This document shows, piece by piece, positions 29,629 to 39,927 of a DNA stretch of 64,000 nt (its first letter is position 1; the number at the start of each line of letters is the position of its first letter). The notes under the pieces are model-generated. The model did not search any database. It was not told the DNA's origin and saw nothing but the letters and a program-made list of their open reading frames with translations. The position numbers and the translations under genes were made by a program. The stretch comes from Candidatus Marinacidobacterales bacterium (lineage in GTDB: Bacteria > Acidobacteriota > Vicinamibacteria > Marinacidobacterales > DATDRI01): positions 928,001 to 992,000 of the forward strand of contig OZ245365.1 in assembly GCA_965226495.1 (NCBI GenBank), read 5' to 3'.

Positions 29629-31347
29629 ATGATGCGAGCATGGAAACGTTACCGAGCAATGGCTGCCGCGTGTGTGCTGGCGGGGACTATCGTCCTGCTG
29701 AGCATGTGGAGCGTCATACCCATTGAGGCTCAGAACATGGCCATCAACGGCATGGTGGTGACCTCACACCCAATGGCGGGGCAGGCGGGTCTGAGAATGT
29801 TGCAACAAGGCGGGAACGCCTTCGATGCCGCGGTGGCAACCGCCGCGGTGCTCGCCGTCACCGAACCGCTGATGTCCGGGCTCGGCGGTGTTGGTGGCTA
29901 CGCGCTGATCTATGACGCCAAAGAGAAACGGGTTCGCTCGGTGGACTTCGTCGGCGACGCGCCCGCTGCGGCGACGCCCGAAATGTACGAGGCCGGCGCG
30001 CGGCTCTGGGATCGTACCCACCCCGCCCGAGACGGCTTCATCGCGCCTCTCGTTCCAGGGAACCTCGCAGGTTGGGCCGCCCTGCTCGAGGAGTACGGCT
30101 CGATGAGCTGGCCGCAAGTGTTGGCACCCGCCATCGAGTACGCGGAGGCCGGCTTCGCGATGACCCCGTCGGTCAGCAATCCCTTCGGCAATGGGAGTTT
30201 TGGGGGCGCGGTGGGACGCTACCCTTACGGCGCAAGCATTTTCTTCAAGAACGGTAAGCCCTGGCCGGTAGGCGAGGTGCTGCAACAGCCCGACCTCGCG
30301 GCGAGCTTCAAGACCATCGCCGCGGAGGGCCCAGCGGCTTTTTACGGTGGGTCTCTCGCCGAGAAGTTCGCAGCGTTCTTTCAAGCAAACGGTGGCATCG
30401 TTACCGTCGAGGACTTCGCCAGCTATCGCGTGCGGTGGGCGGATCCGCTCTCGATCACCTATCGGGGTTATGACGTTCACAGCCAGCCCCCCGGTGGGTC
30501 GGGGATGACGGTCCTACAAACGCTCAATATTCTCGAACAGTTCGAGATTTCCGCTCTCGGTCACAACTCGCCGGAGTTCATCCATCTAGCGGCAGAGGCG
30601 ATGAAGCTGGCCTTCGTCGATGACGATGCCTACAATGTCGGCAAAGCGGGTGCCGAGGTTCCGCTTACGCGATTGCTCTCGAAGGAATATGCTAGGGAGC
30701 AGGCAGCGCGCATCGATCTAAAACGAGCGTCGTTCTATCCGCCGGTCCGTCGGTCGACGACGACCACCAGCGCCATCGATCACACCACCCATCACACCGT
30801 GGTTGACCGAGATCACAACGTGGTATCGATTACTCAAACGCTGATGCTTCCGGCAGGCGTCGTGGTTCCGGACACCGGCGTCATTTTCAATAACGGGATG
30901 TCGTACTTCAGCACCGATCCTGAGGACGCCAACTACATCGAAGGAGGAAAGCGCCCTCGCTTCGTCATGAGCCCGACCCTCATCATGCGGCACGGCGAGC
31001 CTTACTTCGCGCTCGGGGCCGCCGGTGGGTGGACGATCCAACAAACGGTTCTGCAGGTTGCAGTGCGTGCAATGGATTTCGACATGGACGCCCACGCGGC
31101 GGTGAAGGCTCCACGCTTCGTGCTTCGCTACCTGCGGAACTCGATCCCCTATATGGAAGGAACCGACCTGGTGTTGGAGCGCCCGTTCTCGAGCGAGGTA
31201 CGGGAGGCTTTGTCTTCGATGGGGCACCGCTTACGGGAGCCGGCCGAGCGGTTGGGGACGCTCCACGCCATCAAGATTTACCCGCAGAGCGGGGTTCTCT
31301 CCGGAGGCGCCGATGCACGACGGGAGGGTCACGCCGCTTCGTGGTGA
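29629..31347 (+). CDS. GGT-family Ntn hydrolase with non-canonical acyl pocket, paralog 1
   Basis: RBS AAGGAGG; signal peptide; GGNAFDAAVA, SGLGG, VPG, autoprocessing site H-TTHHTVVD, GAAGG, ADARR. Confidence 0.88.
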   Translation: MMRAWKRYRAMAAACVLAGTIVLLSMWSVIPIEAQNMAINGMVVTSHPMAGQAGLRMLQQGGNAFDAAVATAAVLAVTEPLMSGLGGVGGYALIYDAKEKRVRSVDFVGDAPAAATPEMYEAGARLWDRTHPARDGFIAPLVPGNLAGWAALLEEYGSMSWPQVLAPAIEYAEAGFAMTPSVSNPFGNGSFGGAVGRYPYGASIFFKNGKPWPVGEVLQQPDLAASFKTIAAEGPAAFYGGSLAEKFAAFFQANGGIVTVEDFASYRVRWADPLSITYRGYDVHSQPPGGSGMTVLQTLNILEQFEISALGHNSPEFIHLAAEAMKLAFVDDDAYNVGKAGAEVPLTRLLSKEYAREQAARIDLKRASFYPPVRRSTTTTSAIDHTTHHTVVDRDHNVVSITQTLMLPAGVVVPDTGVIFNNGMSYFSTDPEDANYIEGGKRPRFVMSPTLIMRHGEPYFALGAAGGWTIQQTVLQVAVRAMDFDMDAHAAVKAPRFVLRYLRNSIPYMEGTDLVLERPFSSEVREALSSMGHRLREPAERLGTLHAIKIYPQSGVLSGGADARREGHAASW

Positions 31348-31529
31348 GTCGGTAGAACGCCCGAAGCCTGATTGTTTTCGAGCCGCAACCGTGTTACCTA
31401 CGGACTTGCCGTGGGTCGTCGCCCCATGAAGTCTTGCCTTTCTTGGACTCCACCCAGCAGACCGGCCTCGGCCTGAAGGAACGAGAAAAACGACAAGAAC
31501 ATTCAACCCTTTGAATTGAGGAGTTGGCT

Positions 31530-34500
31530 ATGGAACAGGACCGAAGTCTCGCCACCGGCCTGCGGTTCGCCGCTGCGCTGCTCTTAGTCGTGTTAGGGAC
31601 GGGCGCGACCGCCCAAGAACCTGAAACCTCCGGACTGGAGGCGGTGTTCTCGCCGGGTCTGATTCTTCAAGATCGCAACGGGGACGGGGTCATCGATTTC
31701 ATCGACGCCGCCATCGTTGTGGGGGAGTCGCCCACGGTTGGTGACATTGCCGCGGCGGCCGACGTCGCGGCTCGGCTCGGCTACGAAACGATGGCCATGG
31801 ACATTCCTCTCGGCTCCACGGAGGAATCGTCCGGTCCGGCGATCCTCGTCGGCTCCGCGGCGCTTGCGCGGGCCGGCGTCGCCGCCGCCGATGTCGGCCT
31901 CGCGGGCTTGGAAAGCGGCGAGGGCATCATCACGCTTGCAGCCGCTAATGGACGTGAGTGGTTGGTGATCGCCGGAGCCGACGAGGCCGGTACGCGCGCG
32001 GCGGCCGAGGCGTTCGCGGGGCGCCTGCCTCATTTGTGGGAGCCCAAGGGCACGACGCTCGAAGACGTGGTCGGGGAAGTCCGAGAGTTCCTCACCGAAC
32101 AAGGTGCGGAAGCAGGCTCGATGCGGATCCCTACTATTAAAGTGAAAGAGGGTGGCACGGCCCTCGAGAGTCTGGTTGTCGAGGCCCATCTCGGCTCGGC
32201 CGACCAGGTTGGACTGGCGCAATCGGCTCTGGAAACACTGGGTCGTGACCGAGGTGAGGCCGCTTCCGCTTCCGAGGACGAGCCTCCGCTTTCCTACTCC
32301 GGCGCCCGGGTTCTCCGGGTCGTGCTCTCCGCTCCCGGCGTCGAGCAGAGCGAGATCGAGGTGCCGCAGGCCGAGCCGGACTCGAAGGGTGGGCCCATTC
32401 CTGCGCGGCCCGGATCGGGTGCGAAGAGAGAACTGGGTCTTTCCAATCTCTTCACCCCTAAGGGCCTGCTGGGCGACTCCGACGAAAATCAAATCCCGGA
32501 TCGGGTGGATGCGATGCTGAGCCCCTCCGGAAGCGGTACCGAGGGCACGGTCGATCTGGCGGCCCGTCTCGGGCTGGAGTCGGCCGGCATCAGCATTCCC
32601 GCGGCTCTGACGCCCGACGAAATCGACGATCCGAAAAAACAGCCGACTCTCGTCCTCATTGGTCGTGAACATCCTTTGATCGAAAAGCTCGTCGAGGACG
32701 GCAAGTTGGACGTCGATTCCCTCGAGCCCGGCCAAGGTCTTATTCAAGTGATACCTAAGGCGTTCGGCGAAAAGAGTGCGCTTGTGATCACCGGTGGGGA
32801 TGAAGCCGGTGTGGCGCGTGCCCTCGAGCAAGTGGCAGAGCGGCTCCCCAATTTATGGGAAAGGGGTAAGGACCGCACCACCATCGACGCCATCGAGAAC
32901 GACATGTGGCACTTTTTTTCCGGACGCTCCCCGGCTGGGCAGGCGGCCATCGCTCTCTACAAGCTCGACCGGATCGTCGCGGACCTCTCGGAGAAGAATC
33001 TCGTTTCGGCCGAAGTGCTGGTCTCAGTAGAAAAACCAGCCGACGGGTTCGACGAAATGATCCGTGAGCATGCCGCCGCTCTCGGTGCCGACTCTCTGGA
33101 CGTGACGATCGATAACCGGGACGTCCAGAAAGCGAACGTCATCTTCGACGACGGGTTTCAAATCCCTTCCGAGGTCGACGAGTTTTGGAGCATCTTTCGA
33201 TCGCAAGTATTGCCGAAGGTCCGGCCGGGTCAGCCGGTGGAGATGGAGGTGCGTATCAGCGAGCCTCCAGCGATCCGCGCCGACATCGAGAGGCAGGCCC
33301 GAGCGGAGCTGGTCGAAGCCGGCGCCTCGGAAAGCGGCACCCGGGTCAAAGTTCTCTCCGCCTTCAAGCAAGGGTTTAGCTGGCTAACCGAGGTCGTAGG
33401 GCCGGCTCTCTCCGATCAGGCGGTCGAACAGTTGACCATCCAGTTTGCCAAGAACGATCCGCCAGACGAATGGAAGCAACAGGCGATTCACACCCCCATC
33501 CGCTGGCTGCACGAAATTTTCCCCGTCGACGAGATTCTCGCGCGGGATCTAAAGATGGATCGAGCGAAGATCCGTTTCGAAATGGAGCCACCCGGCTCTC
33601 CCATCTACCAAGCCGTTGCCACCGGTCCCGATGGTCGAGAAGTGTTCCGCGAGACTTTCGAGCCACGGTACGTGCTGCGACCCTACTTCGATCGTTTCCG
33701 CGACTACGAGTTGGTGCGGGTGACGACCGGGTGGATCGAAGCGACCAGCGGTGGCGATACCTTGGTCTCCCAGCGCATCGCGACCGACGCGGAGAAATTC
33801 TGGGATCATTACCAGCAAAAAACGCTTCCCGCCATCTACGACTACGTGATGGAGCTCCACAACGGAATCCCCCGGGGTGGAGGCCAGGATGCGCCGCTTT
33901 TCGGAGAGCTCACCGTGGAGCTGAGCTTGAGCGAGCCTCATTACTTGCTGAACTTGGACAAGGAGCTCATCGCTCCGATGGACGCTCTGCACGAGGAGAT
34001 TTATTTCACCACCATCGAGTTCTTCCAGTTGCTGGGCCGGAACTCTCGAGGACAGGAGATCATCTATCCGGGCCGGATCATTCCCATCATGCGTCCGAAA
34101 AGCGACGGCGACTCGGGGACAGCGAAGATCACCTTCACCGGCTTCGCCACCCACCGTCCTGCCGTCGTCGTCCGGTTCGAGGAGCGCGGCGGCGAGCCTG
34201 GCGAGGTGCGACTGGACGTGCCCAAGATTACGATGGATAGACCGAAGTCCATGGGGGCGCTCGTTAGAGATGGAAACGCCGGGCTCGAGCGGCTGGACGT
34301 CCGTATCAAGGTCGATACAGAAACGGACGAGCGCGCCGCACTCATCTTGCGCGCGAGGGAGGAGCAGGTCGACGAGCAGATGCTCTCCGCCGAGCAGGTC
34401 ACGGCGACAGTAGCGAACTTGGGCCTACTTCGCGCCCGCGGGATGTACCGTGAAGCGCTGGCGTATACCGACCTGGCCGAGCTTAGAATGACCGCCGGCT

Positions 34501-35840
34501 GGGAGCACGATGTCGACCCCGAAACACAGGTGGTTGCCAGCCTCGAGCCGAACGGCAGCGCCGCCCCTTATCCCGATATCAAAGACCGGTTGCCGGCCGG
34601 CTACCAATACGACGGCTCACCGATCGTTCAGTGGGACACTCCCATTCCTCCTCCCGAGGCGTTCGACATTCTGGCCAAGATGTCCACGTTCGCGGAAGCG
34701 ACCGTGTACAAAGTCGGGCAGAGCTATCTCGGCAAGGAGCTCTGGGCCATGGACCTCATGCCGCCGATCGAGGCCTCCCATTGGTCCCAAGCCAAGGCGA
34801 CGACGCTCAAGCCCACGGTGATCTACTCGGCACGCGAGCATGCCAACGAGGTTTCATCGACGTCTCATGTGCTGAAGCTAGGGGAGCGCCTGCTGACCGA
34901 GCCTGAGTATCGAGAGAAACTCAACAAAGTCAATGTCGTGATCCATCCGATCACCAACGCCGACGGCGCCCAGCTTGCGTACGATCTCTACAAGATCACA
35001 CCCGACCTCATCCTGCACGCCGGATACTTGGCTTCGCTGGGCATGGGACCATCTTCCGGGAGTCGTGAGCCGATGCCCATCTACCCTGAGGCCAAGGTTC
35101 GGCCACGGCTCTGGGCCACTTGGCTACCGGACATTTTCCTGAACCCCCACGGGTACCCTTCTCATCAGGTGGTACAGCTCTTTTCCGAGTACACCGGCCT
35201 GGTGCGCCGCGGTCGAGTCACCGAGCGCAATTGGAGCATGAACAAGGGGTGGTTCATTCCTGGCTTCCGCTATCTCGACGATCCCCGCTATCCACGTCAC
35301 AAAGAGGCGGCGTTCAAGATCCGCGACTACATTACCGAAGCCATCAACGCCGCGCCCGACGTCTACGCGATGAACCAGCGGAATTACGATCGATACCGCC
35401 GGTACGGCGCCGAGTTCGACCCCAAGGACTTCAAGTTGGATATGGTCGATGACGTGCTCATCTATATGCCTCTCAAGGGGGCGAAGGGGCCATCCCGCGA
35501 CGGGGGCGCACCGGCAGCCGGCCGGCGGCGGCCGCGGGGCTATAACCCCAAGGTCACCATCTGGAGCGGGGGCACCGAAGCGCCCGATGAGACCGCCTAT
35601 GGGGATTGGATGAAGATCGTAGCCACGGCAGGGTTGCAGTGGGACACCGCAATCCTCAACTACTTGGTCGACGGGAAACACAAGGTCGATCGCAAAGGGA
35701 AGTCCTTTTGGGGTGGGGTGAGCCTCAGCATGGATCGACCGCGACCGCCCAAGCCCGACGAGCCTGACGAAGATAGCGAGCCTGACGAAAGTGGCCAGCC
35801 CGAGCCGACCGCGGAGAGCGGCGGGAATCAGGAGCGGTGA
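31530..35840 (+). CDS. Giant exported M14-family metallopeptidase/amidase, paralog 4
   Basis: RBS GAGGAG; AREHANE, HPITNADG, NPHGYP, TEAPDET; acidic tail. Confidence 0.85.
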   Translation: MEQDRSLATGLRFAAALLLVVLGTGATAQEPETSGLEAVFSPGLILQDRNGDGVIDFIDAAIVVGESPTVGDIAAAADVAARLGYETMAMDIPLGSTEESSGPAILVGSAALARAGVAAADVGLAGLESGEGIITLAAANGREWLVIAGADEAGTRAAAEAFAGRLPHLWEPKGTTLEDVVGEVREFLTEQGAEAGSMRIPTIKVKEGGTALESLVVEAHLGSADQVGLAQSALETLGRDRGEAASASEDEPPLSYSGARVLRVVLSAPGVEQSEIEVPQAEPDSKGGPIPARPGSGAKRELGLSNLFTPKGLLGDSDENQIPDRVDAMLSPSGSGTEGTVDLAARLGLESAGISIPAALTPDEIDDPKKQPTLVLIGREHPLIEKLVEDGKLDVDSLEPGQGLIQVIPKAFGEKSALVITGGDEAGVARALEQVAERLPNLWERGKDRTTIDAIENDMWHFFSGRSPAGQAAIALYKLDRIVADLSEKNLVSAEVLVSVEKPADGFDEMIREHAAALGADSLDVTIDNRDVQKANVIFDDGFQIPSEVDEFWSIFRSQVLPKVRPGQPVEMEVRISEPPAIRADIERQARAELVEAGASESGTRVKVLSAFKQGFSWLTEVVGPALSDQAVEQLTIQFAKNDPPDEWKQQAIHTPIRWLHEIFPVDEILARDLKMDRAKIRFEMEPPGSPIYQAVATGPDGREVFRETFEPRYVLRPYFDRFRDYELVRVTTGWIEATSGGDTLVSQRIATDAEKFWDHYQQKTLPAIYDYVMELHNGIPRGGGQDAPLFGELTVELSLSEPHYLLNLDKELIAPMDALHEEIYFTTIEFFQLLGRNSRGQEIIYPGRIIPIMRPKSDGDSGTAKITFTGFATHRPAVVVRFEERGGEPGEVRLDVPKITMDRPKSMGALVRDGNAGLERLDVRIKVDTETDERAALILRAREEQVDEQMLSAEQVTATVANLGLLRARGMYREALAYTDLAELRMTAGWEHDVDPETQVVASLEPNGSAAPYPDIKDRLPAGYQYDGSPIVQWDTPIPPPEAFDILAKMSTFAEATVYKVGQSYLGKELWAMDLMPPIEASHWSQAKATTLKPTVIYSAREHANEVSSTSHVLKLGERLLTEPEYREKLNKVNVVIHPITNADGAQLAYDLYKITPDLILHAGYLASLGMGPSSGSREPMPIYPEAKVRPRLWATWLPDIFLNPHGYPSHQVVQLFSEYTGLVRRGRVTERNWSMNKGWFIPGFRYLDDPRYPRHKEAAFKIRDYITEAINAAPDVYAMNQRNYDRYRRYGAEFDPKDFKLDMVDDVLIYMPLKGAKGPSRDGGAPAAGRRRPRGYNPKVTIWSGGTEAPDETAYGDWMKIVATAGLQWDTAILNYLVDGKHKVDRKGKSFWGGVSLSMDRPRPPKPDEPDEDSEPDESGQPEPTAESGGNQER

Positions 35841-35847
35841 AAAGCTC

Positions 35848-37539
35848 ATGGATGATCGAAACGCGAGGACGCGAAGGTCGCCGTTAGCTGTTCTTATTCT
35901 TACTGCGTCGCTGCTAACGGCTCAGACCGGTGGCGAGACATCGGCGCAGTCCATCATCGGGCGCAATGGTTTGGTCACGACGTCTCACCATCTCGCCTCG
36001 CACACCGGTCTCCGCATTCTCCAAGAGGGAGGGAACGCCTTCGACGCGGCCGTTGCTTCGGCGGCGGTTCTTGCGGTGGTCAACCCGTTCATGGCGGGAA
36101 TGGGAGGTGTGGGCGGATACGCCCTGCTCTATGATTCCGAGTCCAAGGAGACGGTAGCTCTCGACTTCATAGGCACCGCGCCTCAGTCGGCCACCGTGGA
36201 AATGTACCAGGGCGATAAGCTCTGGGATTTCGCGAAACGCGCCACCACCGGATATCTCGCGCCCCTGGTGCCGGGCAATGTTGCGGGCTGGGCCGCCATC
36301 CACGAGCGCTATGGATCGTTGAGCTGGGCCCAAATTTTCGCTCCCGCCATTGAGTACGCCGAAAATGGATTCGCACTCACACCGCGCGTGCAACGTTCGA
36401 TGACCACGGGCGAGATGTCGGTGGTCAAGCGCTACCCTTACGGGCGCGGTATCTTCAAAAACGGCAAGGACCCGTGGAAACCCGGAGAGGTCTGGGTGCA
36501 GAAGGATCTCGCCGAAACCCTCAAAGCGATCGCGGCGAACGGGCCGGGCGAGTTCTACGAAGGAGCGATCGCGAAGAAAATCGCGGAGCACTTCCAAGCC
36601 AACGGGGGCCTCATGACCGCGGCCGACCTGGCGGCCTATCGGGTTCGGTGGAGCGAACCGATCGCGACGACCTACCGGGACTATCGCGTTCTGACCCATG
36701 GCCCGGGCTCTTCTGGGATGACGATCCTCCAGTGGCTAAACGTTCTCGAGGGCTACGATCTCGAGGCCCTGGAGCGCAACAGCCTCGAGTACATCCATTT
36801 GGTGGCCGAGGTAGCAAAGCTCGGGTTTTTGGACGACGATGTCTACAACTCGGGGAGGCCGCGACCGGAACTACCGCTCGAGAAACTCATCTCCAAGGAA
36901 TACGCCGCGCAGCAACGAGAGCGAATCAACAAGGCGGAGGCGCAGTTTTACCCCGCGGCCCGTCCCGACTCCGTCTCGAAGCTCGGCGAGCACACCAGTC
37001 ACCACACCGTCGTCGACAAGGACCACAACATCGTCACCATCACGCAGACTCTAATGTACGCCTCGGGTGTGGTCGTTCCGGAGACCGGTGTCTTCTTCAA
37101 CAACGGGATGTGCTATTTCAGTCTCGAACCGGGCCACCCGGACGAGATCCTGGGAGGAAAACGGCCCCGCTTCGTGATGAGTCCGACCATCGTCTTCCGG
37201 GGCGAAAGGCCGTATCTGGCACTCGGTGCGGCCGGCGGATGGACGATTCCTCAGACGATCCTTCAGACGCTCCTCAACGTGTTGGATTTTCGCATGGACG
37301 TGGAAAAAGCGGCCTCCGGGCCGCGATTCATACTCCGTTATCTTCGAAACTCGATTCCCTACGTACCCGGTACCGATATGAGTGTGGATAGCGGGATCTC
37401 GAGTGATGTGAAAAAGGAGCTGGAGGCCCGGGGACACCGCATCATCGACTCCGAGCGGCCGGGCCGAGCGCTCAACGTCATCCTCATCGATCCTCGGAGC
37501 GGTGCCCTGTGGGGCTCGGGTGGTGCGGTAACCTATTGA
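35848..37539 (+). CDS. GGT-family Ntn hydrolase with non-canonical acyl pocket, paralog 2
   Basis: Paralog of 29629-31347; H-TSHHTVVD; GAAGG; starts 7 bp after the M14 paralog 4 stop. Confidence 0.88.
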   Translation: MDDRNARTRRSPLAVLILTASLLTAQTGGETSAQSIIGRNGLVTTSHHLASHTGLRILQEGGNAFDAAVASAAVLAVVNPFMAGMGGVGGYALLYDSESKETVALDFIGTAPQSATVEMYQGDKLWDFAKRATTGYLAPLVPGNVAGWAAIHERYGSLSWAQIFAPAIEYAENGFALTPRVQRSMTTGEMSVVKRYPYGRGIFKNGKDPWKPGEVWVQKDLAETLKAIAANGPGEFYEGAIAKKIAEHFQANGGLMTAADLAAYRVRWSEPIATTYRDYRVLTHGPGSSGMTILQWLNVLEGYDLEALERNSLEYIHLVAEVAKLGFLDDDVYNSGRPRPELPLEKLISKEYAAQQRERINKAEAQFYPAARPDSVSKLGEHTSHHTVVDKDHNIVTITQTLMYASGVVVPETGVFFNNGMCYFSLEPGHPDEILGGKRPRFVMSPTIVFRGERPYLALGAAGGWTIPQTILQTLLNVLDFRMDVEKAASGPRFILRYLRNSIPYVPGTDMSVDSGISSDVKKELEARGHRIIDSERPGRALNVILIDPRSGALWGSGGAVTY

Positions 37540-37543
37540 GCCG

Positions 37544-38557
37544 TTAAGCCCACTCTGTCCGAAATCCCGATCTCAACCGATCGTGGGGATCCAAAACGAA
37601 CTGATGGAACCCGGTGATGTGGGCCGAGCCCGTTATCTCGGGTACCACCGCCTTCCGGCCCGCGACGTCGGTTTCTTCGAGGATCCGACCCCGGAAGACA
37701 CCGTCGGTAACGCTTTCGACCCACACCTCCTCGCTCACTTTTAATTGACCCTTGGCGTGGAGCACCGCCATCCGGGCGCACGTTCCGGTGCCGCCCGGCG
37801 ACCGGTCGAATTGTCGCGGACCGAAGACGTGCACGTTCCGGTACGTCCTTTTAGGATCCTTAGGCTCGGTAAGGATGGTGGCGATGTTGATGCGGTTGCT
37901 CTGCTCGATCTCAGGATGTTGGACCGAAAGATGCTCGTTGGCTGCTTCCATGACCCGCATCCCGACGTCGACGACGTTTTTGACGTTTTGCAGCGATACC
38001 TCCACTCCGACGGCTCGGGCGTCGAAGAACACGAACCAGTTGCCTCCGTAGGCGATATCCACCGTTACTTTGCCGATGCCGGGCACTGCCAACGACACAT
38101 CTAGTTGTTCGGCGTATGCTGGCACGTTGCGGAAAGAGACGCTCTCCGCTCTCCCGTCCTTCACGCTGACGATCGATTCGACGAGGCCGGCCGGCGTTTC
38201 CAGTTTGAATCGCGTCCGCGGCTCTTCGACAGGAACCATTCCGAGCTCGACGAGCGCCGTCGAGACCCCGATGGTGGCGTGCCCACACATGCTCATGTAG
38301 CCACCGTTGTCCATGAAGAACGCACCCCAAGCAGCGTCGGGAGAGAGCGGCTCGGTCAGGACGCACCCGTACATATCCTTGTGGCCCCTCGGCTCGGCGA
38401 CGAGCGCCGTGCGGAGGCCGTCCATGTGCTTCCGAAAGTACGCTAGCTTCTCGGCCATGGTGCTCCCGGCGATGTGCGCGATCCCTCCGGTGACGATTCG
38501 AGTCGGCTCTCCCTCGGTGTGCGTGTCCACCGCGGTGATCCATCGCGAAGCCTGCAT
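37544..38557 (-). CDS. Proline racemase superfamily protein (Cys/Gly variant)
   Basis: DTHTEGEPTR, EPRGHKDMYG, MCGH, DIAYGGN, DRSPGGTGT. Confidence 0.9.
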   Translation of the reverse strand: MQASRWITAVDTHTEGEPTRIVTGGIAHIAGSTMAEKLAYFRKHMDGLRTALVAEPRGHKDMYGCVLTEPLSPDAAWGAFFMDNGGYMSMCGHATIGVSTALVELGMVPVEEPRTRFKLETPAGLVESIVSVKDGRAESVSFRNVPAYAEQLDVSLAVPGIGKVTVDIAYGGNWFVFFDARAVGVEVSLQNVKNVVDVGMRVMEAANEHLSVQHPEIEQSNRINIATILTEPKDPKRTYRNVHVFGPRQFDRSPGGTGTCARMAVLHAKGQLKVSEEVWVESVTDGVFRGRILEETDVAGRKAVVPEITGSAHITGFHQFVLDPHDRLRSGFRTEWA

Positions 38558-38572
38558 CGTTACATGCCTCGG

Positions 38573-39880
38573 CTAGTCTCGCCCATCGCGGAGCGGCCGA
38601 AGGTTCCATAGCGTGAAATTCAAGAAGCTCGACACCACCGCCATGACCAAGATGATGTTGAACGCGTCCTGCCAGCCGTACGCGTCGATGAGGAAGCCCA
38701 TCCCAACTCCGGTAAGGATCGCCCCCACCGACCCGACCGCGTCGATGATCCCCGCCGCGGTGGCCGATGAGTACTTCCACCCGAAATCCATCGCAACCGC
38801 GCCGGCCAACAAAGAGTACGGCCCGTAAAGTGTAAAACCGACCAGACCCAAGGAGATCATCAGCCACATCGTCTCATCCCCCGGTACTTGGCTGAACAAG
38901 TAGAGGGAACCGGTCAAGAGTACACCCATGATGGCCAAGACCGGACCTCGTCGCGCGCCCATTCTGTCCGAAATCCAACCCGTCGTGATCGAGCCCGCCG
39001 AGCCCAGGAGGGGGAAGATCGCGGACGTGAGGGCGGCGGTTCCGATTCCCATGCCGCTCTGCATCAGGTAGTCCACCGACCAGCCCCAGAAGATATACCG
39101 GATGATCGAGAGGAAGAGATAGCTTAGGCAAACGACCCAGAACCACTTGTTGGAAAGCATCCCGCGCAGCCAGCGGTTCGCCTCGATCCGAGTTGGCGTC
39201 TCCTCGTGCCGACCGGAAGCGACACCGAGTTCTGGTGGATCCCCCGAGGCGACGCCGGCCGTGTACTCGTCGATATCGGAAAGCCCCTGCAATGCCGGCG
39301 ACGGTTTGACGAGCGTTGCGAGCGCGATTCCGACCAATGCTAAGAAAGCCGCGTGGGTCCAAAACAAGCCCGACCAGCCGATGGCGACGATCAAAAACGC
39401 CGCGGAGGTCCTGGCGACGAAATCTCCGATTTGATAGCTCAGCGACATGACTCCCATCGCTCGCCCAGTCTCTCTACTCGTGTACCACCGGGCCATGATG
39501 GGCACGATGGAAAGCCAACCCATCGACTGGAAGTACGCGTTGGTTGCCCAAATCAAGACGAAGAACGTCAGCTCGCGCCCAAAGCCGAACGCGATGTTGC
39601 AGGCGACGGAGCCGGCGATGCCGACGAGTAGCATGACCTTGCCGCCGATTCGATCACCCAGGAATCCGTTGGCGAGTTTCGCGACGGCATAGAAGGTGTA
39701 GTACGCGGAAAGGATGAGGCCGGTTTCGGTATGGGAATACTGGAAGATGTCGCCGATGACCGGTAGCGCGACCGGGAGCGTCACGCGGCAGAAATAGTAG
39801 CCGACGTACCCGATGAACAGCAGTACCGTCAGGAATAGCCGGTGCCTATGAAATCGGCTAGAGGGCTCCGGTCCCCACAT
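38573..39880 (-). CDS. MFS transporter, OPA (GlpT/UhpT-like) family
   Basis: YVGYYFCR, GFLGDRIGG, NAYFQSMGW, GWISDRMGARR, ATAAGIIDAVGSVG; about 12 hydrophobic segments. Confidence 0.85.
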   Translation of the reverse strand: MWGPEPSSRFHRHRLFLTVLLFIGYVGYYFCRVTLPVALPVIGDIFQYSHTETGLILSAYYTFYAVAKLANGFLGDRIGGKVMLLVGIAGSVACNIAFGFGRELTFFVLIWATNAYFQSMGWLSIVPIMARWYTSRETGRAMGVMSLSYQIGDFVARTSAAFLIVAIGWSGLFWTHAAFLALVGIALATLVKPSPALQGLSDIDEYTAGVASGDPPELGVASGRHEETPTRIEANRWLRGMLSNKWFWVVCLSYLFLSIIRYIFWGWSVDYLMQSGMGIGTAALTSAIFPLLGSAGSITTGWISDRMGARRGPVLAIMGVLLTGSLYLFSQVPGDETMWLMISLGLVGFTLYGPYSLLAGAVAMDFGWKYSSATAAGIIDAVGSVGAILTGVGMGFLIDAYGWQDAFNIILVMAVVSSFLNFTLWNLRPLRDGRD

Positions 39881-39927
39881 CGCTCATCATCGGCTCTGGT
39901 AATAGCGAGTAATTTCCCGCTGACCGG

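Noticed and set aside
35759-35790. Direct repeat CGAGCCTGACGAA at the end of M14 paralog 4
   Set aside because: Simply encodes a low-complexity acidic tail (EPDE twice)
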